Part shown: positions 38,937-53,824 of the stretch, piece after piece
Numbering within the stretch: position 1 is the first letter of the stretch
How the letters are laid out: each line of letters begins with the position of its first letter
Assembly: GCA_964016885.1 (NCBI GenBank)
Contig: OZ024742.1
Location: forward strand, 227,664,001-227,728,000
Length of the DNA: 64,000 bases
Source of the DNA: Eledone cirrhosa
Lineage: Eukaryota
Direction: 5' to 3'
Notes under the pieces: generated by a model
What the model was told of the DNA's origin: nothing
Seen by the model: only the letters and a program-made list of their open reading frames with translations
Database searches by the model: none
Translations under genes and position numbers: made by a program

Positions 38937-41155
38937 GTGTGTATATATATATGTGTATATATAGATATGCGTATATATGTGTGTATATATATATATGTGT
39001 GTATATATATATATGTGTGTATATATATATATGTGTGTATATATATATATGTGTGTGTATATATATATATGTGTGTATATATATATGTGTGTGTATATAT
39101 ATATATGTGTGTATATATATATATGTGTGTATATATATATGTGTATATATATATGTGTATATATATATGTGTATATATATATATGTGTATATATATATAT
39201 GTGTATATATGTGTATATATATATATGTGTATATATATATGTGTATATATATATATGTGTATATATATATGTGTATATATATATATGTATATATATATAT
39301 GTGTATATATATATATGTGTATATATATATATGTGTATATATATATATGTGTATATATATATATGTGTATATATATATATGTGTATATATATATGTGTAT
39401 ATATATATGTGTATATATATATGTGTATATATATATGTGTATATATATATATGTGTATATATATATATGTGTATATATATATATGTGTATATATATATAT
39501 AATATATATGTGTATATATATATATAATATATATGTGTATATATAATATATATATGTATATATATATATAATATATATATGTATATATATATATAATATA
39601 TATATGTATATATATATATATAATATATATATGTATATATATATATATAATATATATATGTATATATATATATAATATATATATGTATATATATATATAT
39701 AATATATATATGTATATATATATATAATATATATATGTATATATATATATATAATATATATATGTATATATATATATATAATATATATATGTATATATAT
39801 ATATATAATATATATATGTATATATATATATATAATATATATATGTATATATATATATATAATATATATATGTATATATATATATATAATATATATATGT
39901 ATATATATATATATAATATATATATGTATATATATATATATAATATATATATGTATATATATAATATATATATATAATATGTATATATATATATATAATA
40001 TATATATGTATATATATATATATATGTATATATATAATATATATATGTATATATATATATAATATATATATGTATATGTATATATATAATATATATATGT
40101 ATATGTATATATATAATATATATATGTATATATATATATATAATATATATATGTATATATATATATATAATATATATATGTATATATATATATATAATAT
40201 ATATATGTATATATATATATATATAATATATATATGTATATATATATATATAATATATATATGTATATATAAATATATAATATATATATGTATATATATA
40301 TATATAATATATATATGTATATATATAATATATATATGTATATATATAATATATATATGTATATATATATATATAATATATATATGTATATATATATATA
40401 TAATATATATATGTATATATATATATATAATATATATATGTATATATATATATATAATATATATATGTATATATATATATATAATATATATATGTATATA
40501 TATATATATAATATATATATGTATATATATATATATAATATATATATGTATATATATATATATAATATATATATGTATATATATATAATATATATATGTA
40601 TATATATATATATAATATATATATGTATATATATATATATAATATATATATGTATATATATATATATAATATATATATGTATATATATATATATAATATA
40701 TATATGTATATATATATATATAATATATATATGTATATATATATATATAATATATATATGTATATATATATATATATAATATATATATGTATATATATAT
40801 ATATATAATATATATATGTATATATATATATATATAATATATATATGTATATATATATATATATAATATATATATGTATATATATATATATATAATATAT
40901 ATATGTATATATATATATATAATATATATATGTATATATATATATATAATATATATATGTATATATATATATATAATATATATATGTATATATATATATA
41001 TAATATATATATGTATATATATATATATAATATATATATGTATATATATATATATAATATATATATGTATATATATATATATAATATATATATGTATATA
41101 TATATATATAATATATATATGTATATATATATATATAATATATATATGTATATAT

Positions 41156-41224
<69 letters not shown>

Positions 41225-42524
41225 ATATATATATGTATATAATATATATATATAATATATATATGTATATATATATATAATATATATATGTATATATATA
41301 TATATAATATATATATGTATATATATATATAATATATATATGTATATATATATATATAATATATATATGTATATATATATATATAATATATATATGTATA
41401 TATATATATATAATATATATATGTATATATATATATATAATATATATATGTATATATATATATATAATATATATATGTATATATATATATATAATATATA
41501 TATGTATATATATATATATATAATATATATATGTATATATATATATATAATATATATATGTATATATATATATATAATATATATATGTATATATATATAT
41601 ATATAATATATATATGTATATATATATATATATAATATATATATGTATATATATATATATATAATATATATATGTATATATATATATATATAATATATAT
41701 ATGTATATATATATATATATAATATATATATGTATATATATATATATATAATATATATATGTATATATATATATATATAATATATATATGTATATATATA
41801 TATATATAATATATATATGTATATATATATATATAATATATATATGTATATATATATATATATAATATATATATGTATATATATATATATATAATATATA
41901 TATGTATATATATATAATATATATATGTATATATATATAATATATATATGTATATATATATATATAATATATATATGTATATATATATATATAATATATA
42001 TATGTATATATATATATATAATATATATATGTATATATATATATATAATATATATATGTATATATATATATATAATATATATATGTATATATATATATAT
42101 AATATATATATGTATATATATATGTATATATATATATAATATATATATATAATATATATATGTATATATATATATGTATATATATATATATAATATATAT
42201 ATGTATATATATATATATAATATATATATGTATATATATATATATATAATATATATATGTATATATATATATATATAATATATATATGTATATATATATA
42301 TATATAATATATATATGTATATATATATATATATAATATATATATGTATATATATATATATATAATATATATATGTATATATATATATATATATAATATA
42401 TATGTATATATATATATAATATATATATGTATATATATATATATATAATATATATATGTATATATATATATATATAATATATATATGTATATGTATATAT
42501 ATATATAATATATATATGTATATG

Positions 42525-42572
<48 letters not shown>

Positions 42573-42587
42573 ATATATATATATATG

Positions 42588-42619
<32 letters not shown>

Positions 42620-42680
42620 ATATATATATATATGTATATATATATATATGTATATGTATATATATATATATGTATATATG

Positions 42681-42720
<40 letters not shown>

Positions 42721-42870
42721 ATATATATATGTATATGTATATGTATATATATAATATATATATGTATATATATATATATGTATATATATAATATATATAT
42801 GTATATATATAATATGTATATATATATATATATATGTATATATATAATATATATATGTAAATATATAATA
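38937..42870. repeat. (TA)n-based array with a ~22-26 bp higher-order unit (TA)nAT(AT)nG
   Basis: Direct reading; alternating AA and G interruptions from ~39500. Confidence 0.97.
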
Positions 42871-42996
42871 TCTTCATCATTTTACGTCCGCTTTTCCCTG
42901 CTTGCCAGGATGGGACGGGAACTGATTCTGGCTTGATTTCTACAGCTGGATAATATATATATGTATATATATAATATATATATGTGTATATATAAT

Positions 42997-43142
42997 GGAG
43001 GCACATGGCTTAGTGGTTAGAGCATTGGCCTTGCAATCGAAAGGTTGTGAGTTCAATTCTCAGACCGGGTGATGTGTTGTTTCCTTGAGCAAGACACTTT
43101 ATTTCACATTGCTCCAGTTTACTCAGCTGTAGAAATGAGATG
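42997..43142 (+). mobile_element. SINE family B head fused to a LINE-type tail (to ~43335)
   Basis: GGAGGCACATGGCTTAGTGGTTAGAGC...GAGTTCAATTC...CCTTGAGCAAGACACTTTATTTCAC. Confidence 0.75.
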
Positions 43143-43344
43143 ATAGGGACTGGGGTCCCTATCGTTCCACTGCAAAGTGGTCGTGGAGGTGCCACGGCAA
43201 AAAAGCACCCAGCACTCACTGTAAATGAGGTTGGTGTTAGGAAGGGCATCCAGCTGTAGAAATCAAGCCAGAATCAGTTCCCGTCCCACCCCTGCAAGCA
43301 GGGAAAAGTGGACGTAAAATGAAATGATGATGATAATATATGTG

Positions 43345-43672
43345 TTGAGAGAGAAACTGTGTCTGAGAGGGATAGAATGTAGTGTACGGGAGAGGAGACT
43401 GAGGTGGTATGGACATGTGATGCGCATGGAGGATGACCGATGGGTGAAGAAGTGCCAGGAAATGCCAGTTGAAGGAAGACGTAGTAGAGGTAGACCACGA
43501 AAAACATGGGCGGAGGTGGTGAGAACAGACCTCAGATCATTGAAGCTCACGGTGGAGATGACGAGGGACCGTGACGAGTGGAGAGATGCTGTGCTGAATA
43601 AGACCCGTCCCACCCTTGCAAGCAGGGAAAAGCGGACGTAAAATGATGATGATGATGATGAAAATGATGATA
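43345..43672 (+). mobile_element. LINE 3' fragment (RT C-terminus) with (GAT)n tail
   Basis: [12 protein letters not shown]...[12 protein letters not shown]...[10 protein letters not shown] in ORF 43324..43641. Confidence 0.88.
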
Positions 43673-44183
43673 TATATAATATATATATGTATATATATAA
43701 TATATATATGTATATATATAATATATATATGTATATATATGTATATAATATATATATGTATATAATATATATATGTATATAATATATATATGTATATAAT
43801 ATATATGTGTGTATATATAATATATATATGTATATAATATATATGTGTGTATATATAATATATATATGTATATAATATATATGTGTATATATAATATATA
43901 TATGTGTGTATATATAATATGTGTGTATATATAATATATATATGTGTATATATATATAATATATATGTGTATATATATATGTGTATGTATGTATGTATAT
44001 ATATGTATGTATGTATATGTATGTATGTATATGTATGTATGTATATGTATGTATGTATATGTATGTATGTATATGTATGTATATACATATATATATGTAT
44101 GTATGTATATGTATGTATATACATATATATATATACGTACGTATGTATGTATGTATATATATATGTATATATGTATGTATGTA

Positions 44184-44216
<33 letters not shown>

Positions 44217-44552
44217 ATATGTATGTATGTATATATGTATGTATGTATATATGTATGTATGTATGTATGTATATGTATGTATGTATGTATGTATGTATAT
44301 GTATGTATGTATGTATGTATATATGTATATATATATATGTATATATATATGTATGTATGTATATATGTATATGTATATATATGTATGTATATATATGTAT
44401 ATATATATATGTATGTATATATATGTATATATATATATGTATATATATATATGTATATATATATATGTATATATATATATGTATATATATATATGTATAT
44501 ATATATATGTATATATATATATGTATATATATATATGTATATATATATATGT

Positions 44553-44593
<41 letters not shown>

Positions 44594-44617
44594 TGTATAT
44601 ATATATGTGTGTATGTA

Positions 44618-44653
<36 letters not shown>

Positions 44654-44901
44654 TGTATGTATGTATGTATGTATGTATATATATATGTATGTATATGTAT
44701 ATATGTATGTATGTATATATATATATGTATGTATATGTATATATATATGTATGTATATGTATATATATATGTATGTATATGTATATATATATGTATGTAT
44801 ATGTATATATATATGTATGTATATGTATATATATATGTATGTATATATATATGTATATATATATGTATGTATATATATATGTATGTATATATATATGTAT
44901 G

Positions 44902-44960
<59 letters not shown>

Positions 44961-45467
44961 ATATATATGTATATATATATGTATATATGTATGTATGTAT
45001 ATATGTATGTATATATATATGTATATATATATGTATGTATGTATATATATATGTATATATATATGTATGTATGTATATATATATGTATATATATATGTAT
45101 GTATGTATATATATATGTATATATATATGTATGTATGTATATATATATGTATATATATATGTATGTATGTATATATATATGTATATATATATGTATGTAT
45201 GTATATATATATGTATATATATATGTATGTATGTATATATATATGTATATATATATGTATGTATGTATATATGTATATATATATGTATGTATGTATATAT
45301 GTATATGTATGTATGTATATATATATATGTATGTATGTATATATATATATGTATGTATGTATATATATATATGTATGTATGTATGTATGTATATATATAT
45401 ATGTATGTATGTATATATATATATGTATGTATGTATGTATATATATATATGTATGTATGTATGTATG

Positions 45468-45499
<32 letters not shown>

Positions 45500-45593
45500 T
45501 ATATATATGTATGTATATATATATGTATGTATGTATGTATATATATATATGTATATATGTATGTATGTATGTATGTATATATGTATGTATGTA

Positions 45594-45629
<36 letters not shown>

Positions 45630-45703
45630 TGTATGTATGTATGTATGTATATATGTATGTATGTATGTATGTATATATATATGTATGTATGTATGTATAT
45701 GTA

Positions 45704-45739
<36 letters not shown>

Positions 45740-45817
45740 TGTATGTATGTATATATGTATGTATGTATATATGTATGTATGTATATATGTATGTATGTAT
45801 ATATGTATGTATGTATG

Positions 45818-45851
<34 letters not shown>

Positions 45852-45892
45852 TGTATGTATGTATGTATGTATGTATGTATGTATATATGTAT
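43672..45892. repeat. (TA)n/(TATG)n array
   Basis: Direct reading. Confidence 0.97.
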
Positions 45893-47402
45893 GAGGGAGC
45901 TTATAGATAGGACAACACACGCTGTCTCTTCGTGGGGTAAGTTTTTAATTAATTTTTGTATTCTGAAACATCAAAATACAACAATTTGTTGGTTACTGGT
46001 CTCGGGAATGTCACGACAGAAGTTTGTGGAAGTTACACAAATATTTTAGTATATTTTAGCAGAGCAATCCTTATTTATATTTTACATTTACTTACATCTC
46101 AATATAACATGGCTAGAATTCAAATTTTGCTAAGAGAAGAAAACGGTCAAATGAACTAGATACATCTCACTGTCCACACCACCACAATAACGTCTACACT
46201 CTCTCCCCACCATCACATGTCATTACCATACCATACCCTATCGAGACTAAAGTCATCGACCTGTTGTCAAACTCTCTACTCTCTGATGAATGTATATATA
46301 TATATGTGTGTGTATGTATATGTGTGTATATACATCACTCAGTCAAACAACCAGATTTCAACCCCAACATCTACAACAACAACAACACCGGCCCTAATGT
46401 TTACAGCAACAACAGCTTCAGAATGAACTGAAATGAACATTTACAACAATTACAACAACAACAACAACAGCGGCATCAAAACATAAAAAAAGGAAGGGAA
46501 AAGAAAAAAGAAAAGGGAAGGGGAAAAAAAAAAAAAAAAAAAAAAAAAAAAGGAGAAAAAAAAAGAAAGGAAAAAAAAAAAAAAAAAAAAAAAAAACTCA
46601 AAATAACAAAACACACACACACACACACACACACACAACAGAACAACAACATCAACTGCCACCACCACCACCACCGCCACCGCCGTCGCCATCACCATCA
46701 CCAGCGACCTGGCCTTAAGAACAACTTTAATAATAATTTTTCTGCTTTTGGCACGGATCCAGCGACTGGCCAGCGCATCACTGGTACTCTCTTTTGTTGA
46801 CTCCGTGGAGAGCCATAACTCTATGCTGTAAAGCAATTATAGTAATACTGGACTGTAATACGATCGGCTTCAACTATACAAACTCTTGAAAGTCAACAGT
46901 TGACATAATCTGGTAATCTTGTATCAGTAATGACGGTAATATATATATATATATGTGTGTGTGTAAGTGAGTAGAGTAGCGTGTGTGTGTGTTTGTTGTG
47001 TGTGTGAGTGTTGCTGTGTGCACGCATATGTATGCGTGTGTGTGTATGTCGTACGTATAAGTGTCAATAAGTAATTTTTTTTTTTTTTTTTTTTTTTTTG
47101 CGCGGGGACATAGAAATAATCGGGCTGGATGCCCGATCGCGCAGTTAAACCACTGGGAGTGAAGAACCCCTAGCCCATGTCAGGGTATTCTTCTAGGAGA
47201 AGGCATCTCAGGAAACTGGGTTAACTCCGATATAAAACCTGCGGCTCAGTAGTTACCGATGATGTTGATCTTTTCTTCTTTTCGGGTTATAGCTACTGTC
47301 GCTCAGAGAGTGGGATTGGTTCAGTGCACAGTCTTTCCTCACTTTAAAAATATTCGTCACGCACAGGCATTGCACGAGTGCATTAATAATTATTAATAGT
47401 GT

Positions 47403-47437
<35 letters not shown>

Positions 47438-47442
47438 TATTA

Positions 47443-47498
<56 letters not shown>

Positions 47499-50400
47499 CC
47501 CAATTCAATGATGTTCCAGAACAATGTAAACGAGATAATTGCCAATTTGGGTTCTGGAACAAAAAAGATCATTGGCAATAAGGGCAGGGGCCCCAAGTTA
47601 TCACAACCTGGGCCCGCCCGTCATCGTGCCATTGTAATAGAGCCAAACAGGGCATTTAGTCTTGGCTGCTGGAACGTACGGACGCTGCTTGACAGGGATT
47701 CTTTGGAGCGTCCTGAACGAAGGACCGCTCTTGTTGCGAAGGAGCTTCGACGTTACGATCTTGACATCGTGGCTTTGTCTGAGACGAGGTTAGCTGGAGA
47801 TGGTCATCTTACGGAATTTTGTGGAGAATATACATTCTTCTGGAAAGGAAGAGATGAAGGAACCAGAAGAGAGGCTGGGGTAGGATTTGCTGTTAAGACT
47901 GTACTGGTGAATAAATTGGAAGAATTCCCAGTGGGGATTAGTGAGCGTCTTATGTCCATGAGAGTTCCGCTGGACAAGGGAAGATATGCTACCCTGGTGA
48001 GTGTGTATGCTCCAACTATGAATTCTGTCGATGAAGAAAAACTGTCCTTTTACCATGCCTTGAAAGGTGTTTTAAGAAATATCCCTCAGGCAGACAAAGT
48101 CATCGTGCTTGGTGACTTTAATGCTAGAGTGGGTAGGGATTTTAACACATGGAATGTAATCGGAAGGCATGGGGTGGGAAAGTGTAACAGCAATGGTATG
48201 CTCTTGCTGCAGATGTGTGAGGAGCTGGATCTGTGTGTTACCAACACCATGTTCCAACAAAAGAACAAATTCAAGACCACATGGATGCATCCTGCATCTA
48301 AGGAATGGCATCTTTTGGACTACGTCCTAGTCAGGATGCGTGACAGACAGGATGTGCGGTGTGTTCGTGTTCTTCGTGGAGCTGAGTGCTGGACGGACCA
48401 CCGCCTGGTACGCGCAAAAGTGAATCTAATCACCAAACGTAAAATCCGGGCTCCTGGTGTTGCCCTGCCCAAAAGATTGAATGCTGCTCGTCTTAAGGAT
48501 AAAAATGTGAAGAGGACATTGGAAGAAGAGATGCAGGCTGCAGATCTTGGTGAGGATTGGCCGACCCTTAAAAAGTCGGTTTATGATGTAGGCAGACGTG
48601 TTCTGGGATTGGTGCAGAGAAAACATCAGGACTGGTTTAATGAGAAAGATGTGCATATAGATGACTTGTTGGCTGATAAGAGGCGCGCTCTGTCACGCTA
48701 CTTGACGGCAAGACCACAGGAGAGGAATACGTTGCATGAGGAGCTCAGGGATGTAAAATCACGTGTTAGGCGGAGTCTTTCTCAGATGAAGGATCAGTGG
48801 TGGAGTGAGAAGGCTGGTGAGATACAAACTGCGTCTGATTGCAATAACACAAAGCTGTTGTACAGTCTCTTGCGTGAGGTTTATGGACCGTCTTCTTCTC
48901 TGGTGACACCGATTCGCAGCAGGGATGGCAAAGAACTTCTTCGTGACTCGCAGGGAATTCTACGAAGGTGGCGGGAGCACTTTGATGATCTTTTGAATCA
49001 GCCGTCTGTCGTCGGTGAAGATTTCCTCAATCTCATTCCGGAAAGTCCTGTGAAAGTAGCTCTCGCAGAGCCTCCGACACTTGTGGAGGTTGCAGTGGCT
49101 ATTTCGAAGCTGAACAGTGGAAGATCTCCAGGTATGGATGGCACACATGCTGAGCTCCTACAATATGGTGGTGAGAGACTCCTGCAACATCTTCACTCTC
49201 TGTTTGGAAGGATATGGGCTAATGAATCCGTGCCTGAGGACTGGAGAGATGCAGTAATGGTGGTCTTGTACAAGGGAAAGGGTAACAGGAATGATTGTGG
49301 GAACTACAGAGGTATATCATTGCTTTCTGTCGTGGGGAAAGTTTTATGTAGGGTGCTTCTGGACCGTCTGCTGACACACATTGCAGATTGTGTCCTTCCT
49401 GAAAGTCAATCTGGTTTTCGTGTTGGACGCGGCACTACTGATATGATCTTCTCAGCTAGACAGCTCCAGGAGAAGTGCATTGAACAGGGCTTGGATCTGT
49501 ATCAGGTTTTTGTCGATCTGACAAAGGCTTTCGATACTGTCAACAGAGATGCATTATGGAAGGTTCTCCAGAAACTTGGTTGCCCTGATAAGTTCCTTGC
49601 TTTAGTTAGGTCTTTCCATGACGACATGAAGGCTTGGGTTAATGTCGGAGGTAACATGTCGGAGCCTATCTCAGTAAAAAATGGAGTGAAACAGGGGGAT
49701 ATTCCAGCACCGACCCTGTTTGCCATATACTTTGCAATGGTTTTCTGTATTGCATTCAGGAATTGCGAGCATGGTGTTTACATCCGATATCGAACCTCAG
49801 GCAGCATATTTAACATCAGGCGCTTTGCTGCGAAGACAAAAGTATTTACATCAGTCATAAGAGACCTCTTGTATGCAGATGATTGCGATCTTGTAGCGCA
49901 CACAGAGAGTGATATGCAGCACATTTTGAATGTATTTTCTGACGCTTGCACTGCCCTGGGTTTGACTGTCAGTCTCAAGAAAACCGTCGTCATGTACCAA
50001 CCTGCACCTGGTAGGCAGTACACTGAACCAAACATCTATGTGTATGGCAAACGACTTGGAGTGGTTGATCAGTTTGTCTACCTGGGAAGCACTGTCAATC
50101 GATACGGCAACCTTGACAGTGAAATCTCACTTAGGATTAGGAAAGCAAGTGATGCTTTCGGAAAGCTAGAAAGGCGACTCTGGGGTCGGCGAGACATATG
50201 CAGGAGGACAAAGGTAAAGGTGTACAGGGCATGTGTACTCTCTTGTCTTCTTTATGCCTGCGAGACCTGGGTCACATATCGACGCCACCTTAAGCAATTG
50301 GAGCGTTTCCATCAGATGTGTCTCAGACGGATACATGGCGTTCGCTGGAGGGACCACATCAGTGATGTCGAGATTTTGGAAAGCTCTATGTGTGACAGTA

Positions 50401-51061
50401 TAGAAGCTCTTGTGCTTAAGCAGCGACTCCGTTGGAGTGGTCACCTTGCCAGGATGAAGGATTCTAGAATACCAAAACAACTCTTCTATGGAGAGTTGGT
50501 TAAAGGAAAACGACCGCCACATAAACCAAAAAAGAGGTATAAGGATTCCTTGAAGGCCTCTCTGAAAGACGCTAACATCTCTGCTGATACATGGGAAAAT
50601 ATTGCTGCTGATCGTAATAAATGGAGAAAGACTGTATATGAGGGAAAAGTTGCCTTTGAGGCATCTCGAATCGCACACGAGAAAGTAAAGCGGGACGTGA
50701 GGAAGGGTATTGCTGTTGCACTTCCAGACGGCGAGGGTCCTCCTATGTTTCTGACATGCAGCGTCTGTGCGAGACTCTGCCTAAGCAAAGCTGGACTCGA
50801 AAGTCATCTTCGCAGTCATAAAGTAAGACCAGTGGTTGACTACCAGGCTGCTGTTGGAGATGCTACTCATCATGCTTGCCAAACATGTGGTAGAGAATGT
50901 AAATCAGCAGGAGGACTCAAGCGACATGCAAAAGTACACGAACTCCAACCACAGCCGACTATTCCCAGTAAATGTTTTGGTTGCCGACTCTGTGCAAGAC
51001 ATTTTGGATCATTGGCTGGGCTAAAAAGCCACATTCGATCGCAGCACTGTTAGTTGCTATC

Positions 51062-51099
<38 letters not shown>

Positions 51100-51178
51100 G
51101 CTTATGTGCGTGCGTGTGTGTGTATATATATATGAATATGTATATTATTATTGTTGTTGTCGTTATTATTATTATTGC

Positions 51179-51261
<83 letters not shown>

Positions 51262-51302
51262 TGTGCAATGGCCATACTCGATAACGAGGGGGCAGCCATC
51301 AT
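45893..51302 (+). mobile_element. Apparently full-length RTE non-LTR retrotransposon inserted in a (TATG)n array, sense to PPP4R1
   Basis: Single intact ORF; RTE-type 5' motif TCTAGGAGAAGG...AACTCCGATATAAAACC (~47192-47239); 3' stem-loop ATGGCCATACTCGATAACGAGGGGGCAGCCATCAT then microsatellite tail; 5' boundary inferred from the flanking array. Confidence 0.8.
47508..51050 (+). CDS. RTE-clade LINE polyprotein: AP endonuclease + reverse transcriptase + three C-terminal C2H2 zinc fingers (~1180 aa)
   Basis: APE motifs [31 protein letters not shown]; RT motifs [27 protein letters not shown] (49872), YLGS, RLRWSGH; three CxxC-x12-Hxxx(x)H fingers; no internal stops. Confidence 0.96.
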
Positions 51303-51323
51303 ATATGTATGTATATATGTATG

Positions 51324-51354
<31 letters not shown>

Positions 51355-51383
51355 ATATGTATGTATATATGTATGTATGTATG

Positions 51384-51417
<34 letters not shown>

Positions 51418-51793
51418 TATATGTATGTATATATATATATATGTATATACATATATGTATATATATATATATATGTATATGTATGTATATATGTATATGT
51501 ATATGTATGTATATATGTATATATGTATATGTATATATGTATATATGTATATGTATATATGTATATATGTATATGTGTATATGTATATATGTATATATGT
51601 ATATATGTATATGTGTATATGTATATATGTATGTATATGTATATATATGTATGTATATATATATGTATGTATATATTTATGTATGTATATATTTATGTAT
51701 ATATATATGTATATATATATGTGTATGTATATATGTGTATATATATATATGTGTATATGTATATGTATGTATATATATATGTGTATGTATATA

Positions 51794-51824
<31 letters not shown>

Positions 51825-52629
51825 GTATATATGTGTATATATGTATATATGTGTATATATATATATGTGTGTGTATATATATATATGTGTGTATATATAT
51901 ATATGTGTATATATATATATACATATATATATATACATATATATGTATGTATATGTATATATATGTATATGTGTATATATGTATATGTATATATGTATAT
52001 ATATGTGTATATATATGTGTATATATATGTGTATATGTATATATGTGTATATCTATATATATGTATCTATATATGTGTATATATATGTATATATGTGTAT
52101 ATGTATATATATATATATATGTATATATATATGTATATATGTATATGTATATATGTATATATATATGTGTATATATATATATATGTGTATATATATATGT
52201 ATGTATATATATATGTGTATGTATATATATATGTATATGTATACATATATATATATATACATATATATGTATATATATGTATATGTATATATATGTATAT
52301 ATGTATATGTGTATATATCTATATGTATATATGTATATATATATGTATATATATGTGTATATATAATGTGTATATATATGTGTATATATATGTGTATGTA
52401 TATATATGTGTATATATATGTGTATATGTATATATGTGTATATATGTGTATATGTGTATATGTGTATATGTATATATGTGTATATATGTGTATATCTATA
52501 TATATATCTATATATGTGTATATATATGTATATATGTGTATATGTATATGTATATATATATATATGTATATATATATGTATATATGTATATATATACATA
52601 TATATATACATATACATATATATATATAC

Positions 52630-52694
<65 letters not shown>

Positions 52695-52695
52695 C

Positions 52696-52758
<63 letters not shown>

Positions 52759-52789
52759 CATATATATATACATATATATATATACATAC

Positions 52790-52820
<31 letters not shown>

Positions 52821-52915
52821 CATACATATATATATATATATACATATATATATACATATATATATATACATATATATACATATATATATATATACATATA
52901 TATACATATATATAC

Positions 52916-52978
<63 letters not shown>

Positions 52979-53003
52979 CATACATATATACATACATATA
53001 TAC

Positions 53004-53057
<54 letters not shown>

Positions 53058-53099
53058 ACATATACATATATATATACATATATATACATATATATATAC

Positions 53100-53132
<33 letters not shown>

Positions 53133-53317
53133 CACATATATATATATTTACATATATATATATATATATATACACATATATATATATATATATACACATA
53201 TATATATACATATATATATATACATATATACATATATATATATACATATATACAGATATATATTTACATATATATATATATATATATATACACAGATATA
53301 TATATATATATATACAC

Positions 53318-53348
<31 letters not shown>

Positions 53349-53367
53349 CATATATATATATATGTAC

Positions 53368-53427
<60 letters not shown>

Positions 53428-53578
53428 GTATATATATGTATATATATATGTATATATATATGTATATATATGTATATATATATATATGTATATATATATG
53501 TATATGTATGTATATGTATATATATGTATATATATGTATATATATATGTATATGTATGTATATGTATATATATGTATA

Positions 53579-53619
<41 letters not shown>

Positions 53620-53669
53620 GTATGTATATATATATATATGTATATATATGTATATATATGAATATATAC

Positions 53670-53700
<31 letters not shown>

Positions 53701-53820
53701 CATATATATACATATATGTATATATATGTATATATATATATATATATACATATGTATATGTATATATGTATATGTATGTATGTATGTGTATGTATGTATG
53801 TATGTATGTATGTATGTATA
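51303..53820. repeat. (TATG)/(TA)/(TACA) array
   Basis: Direct reading; C-containing block at ~52590-53420. Confidence 0.97.
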
Positions 53821-53824
53821 ACTA

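Noticed and set aside
35370-45920. Very long ORFs (e.g. 1147 aa, 1375 aa, 885 aa) rich in Y/I/M/C/V/H/T
   Set aside because: These are translations of TA/TG microsatellites, which lack stop codons in several frames on both strands; no domain content
45907-45936. 30-nt AG…GTAAGT-bounded candidate PPP4R1 exon ([10 protein letters not shown])
   Set aside because: No polypyrimidine tract, no resemblance to the expected next PP4R1 segment, and it lies within the inferred LINE insertion
45893-45960. Possible HDV-like ribozyme at the inferred LINE 5' end
   Set aside because: Some stem pairing exists, but I could not place P1.1, P4 or the catalytic J4/2 segment
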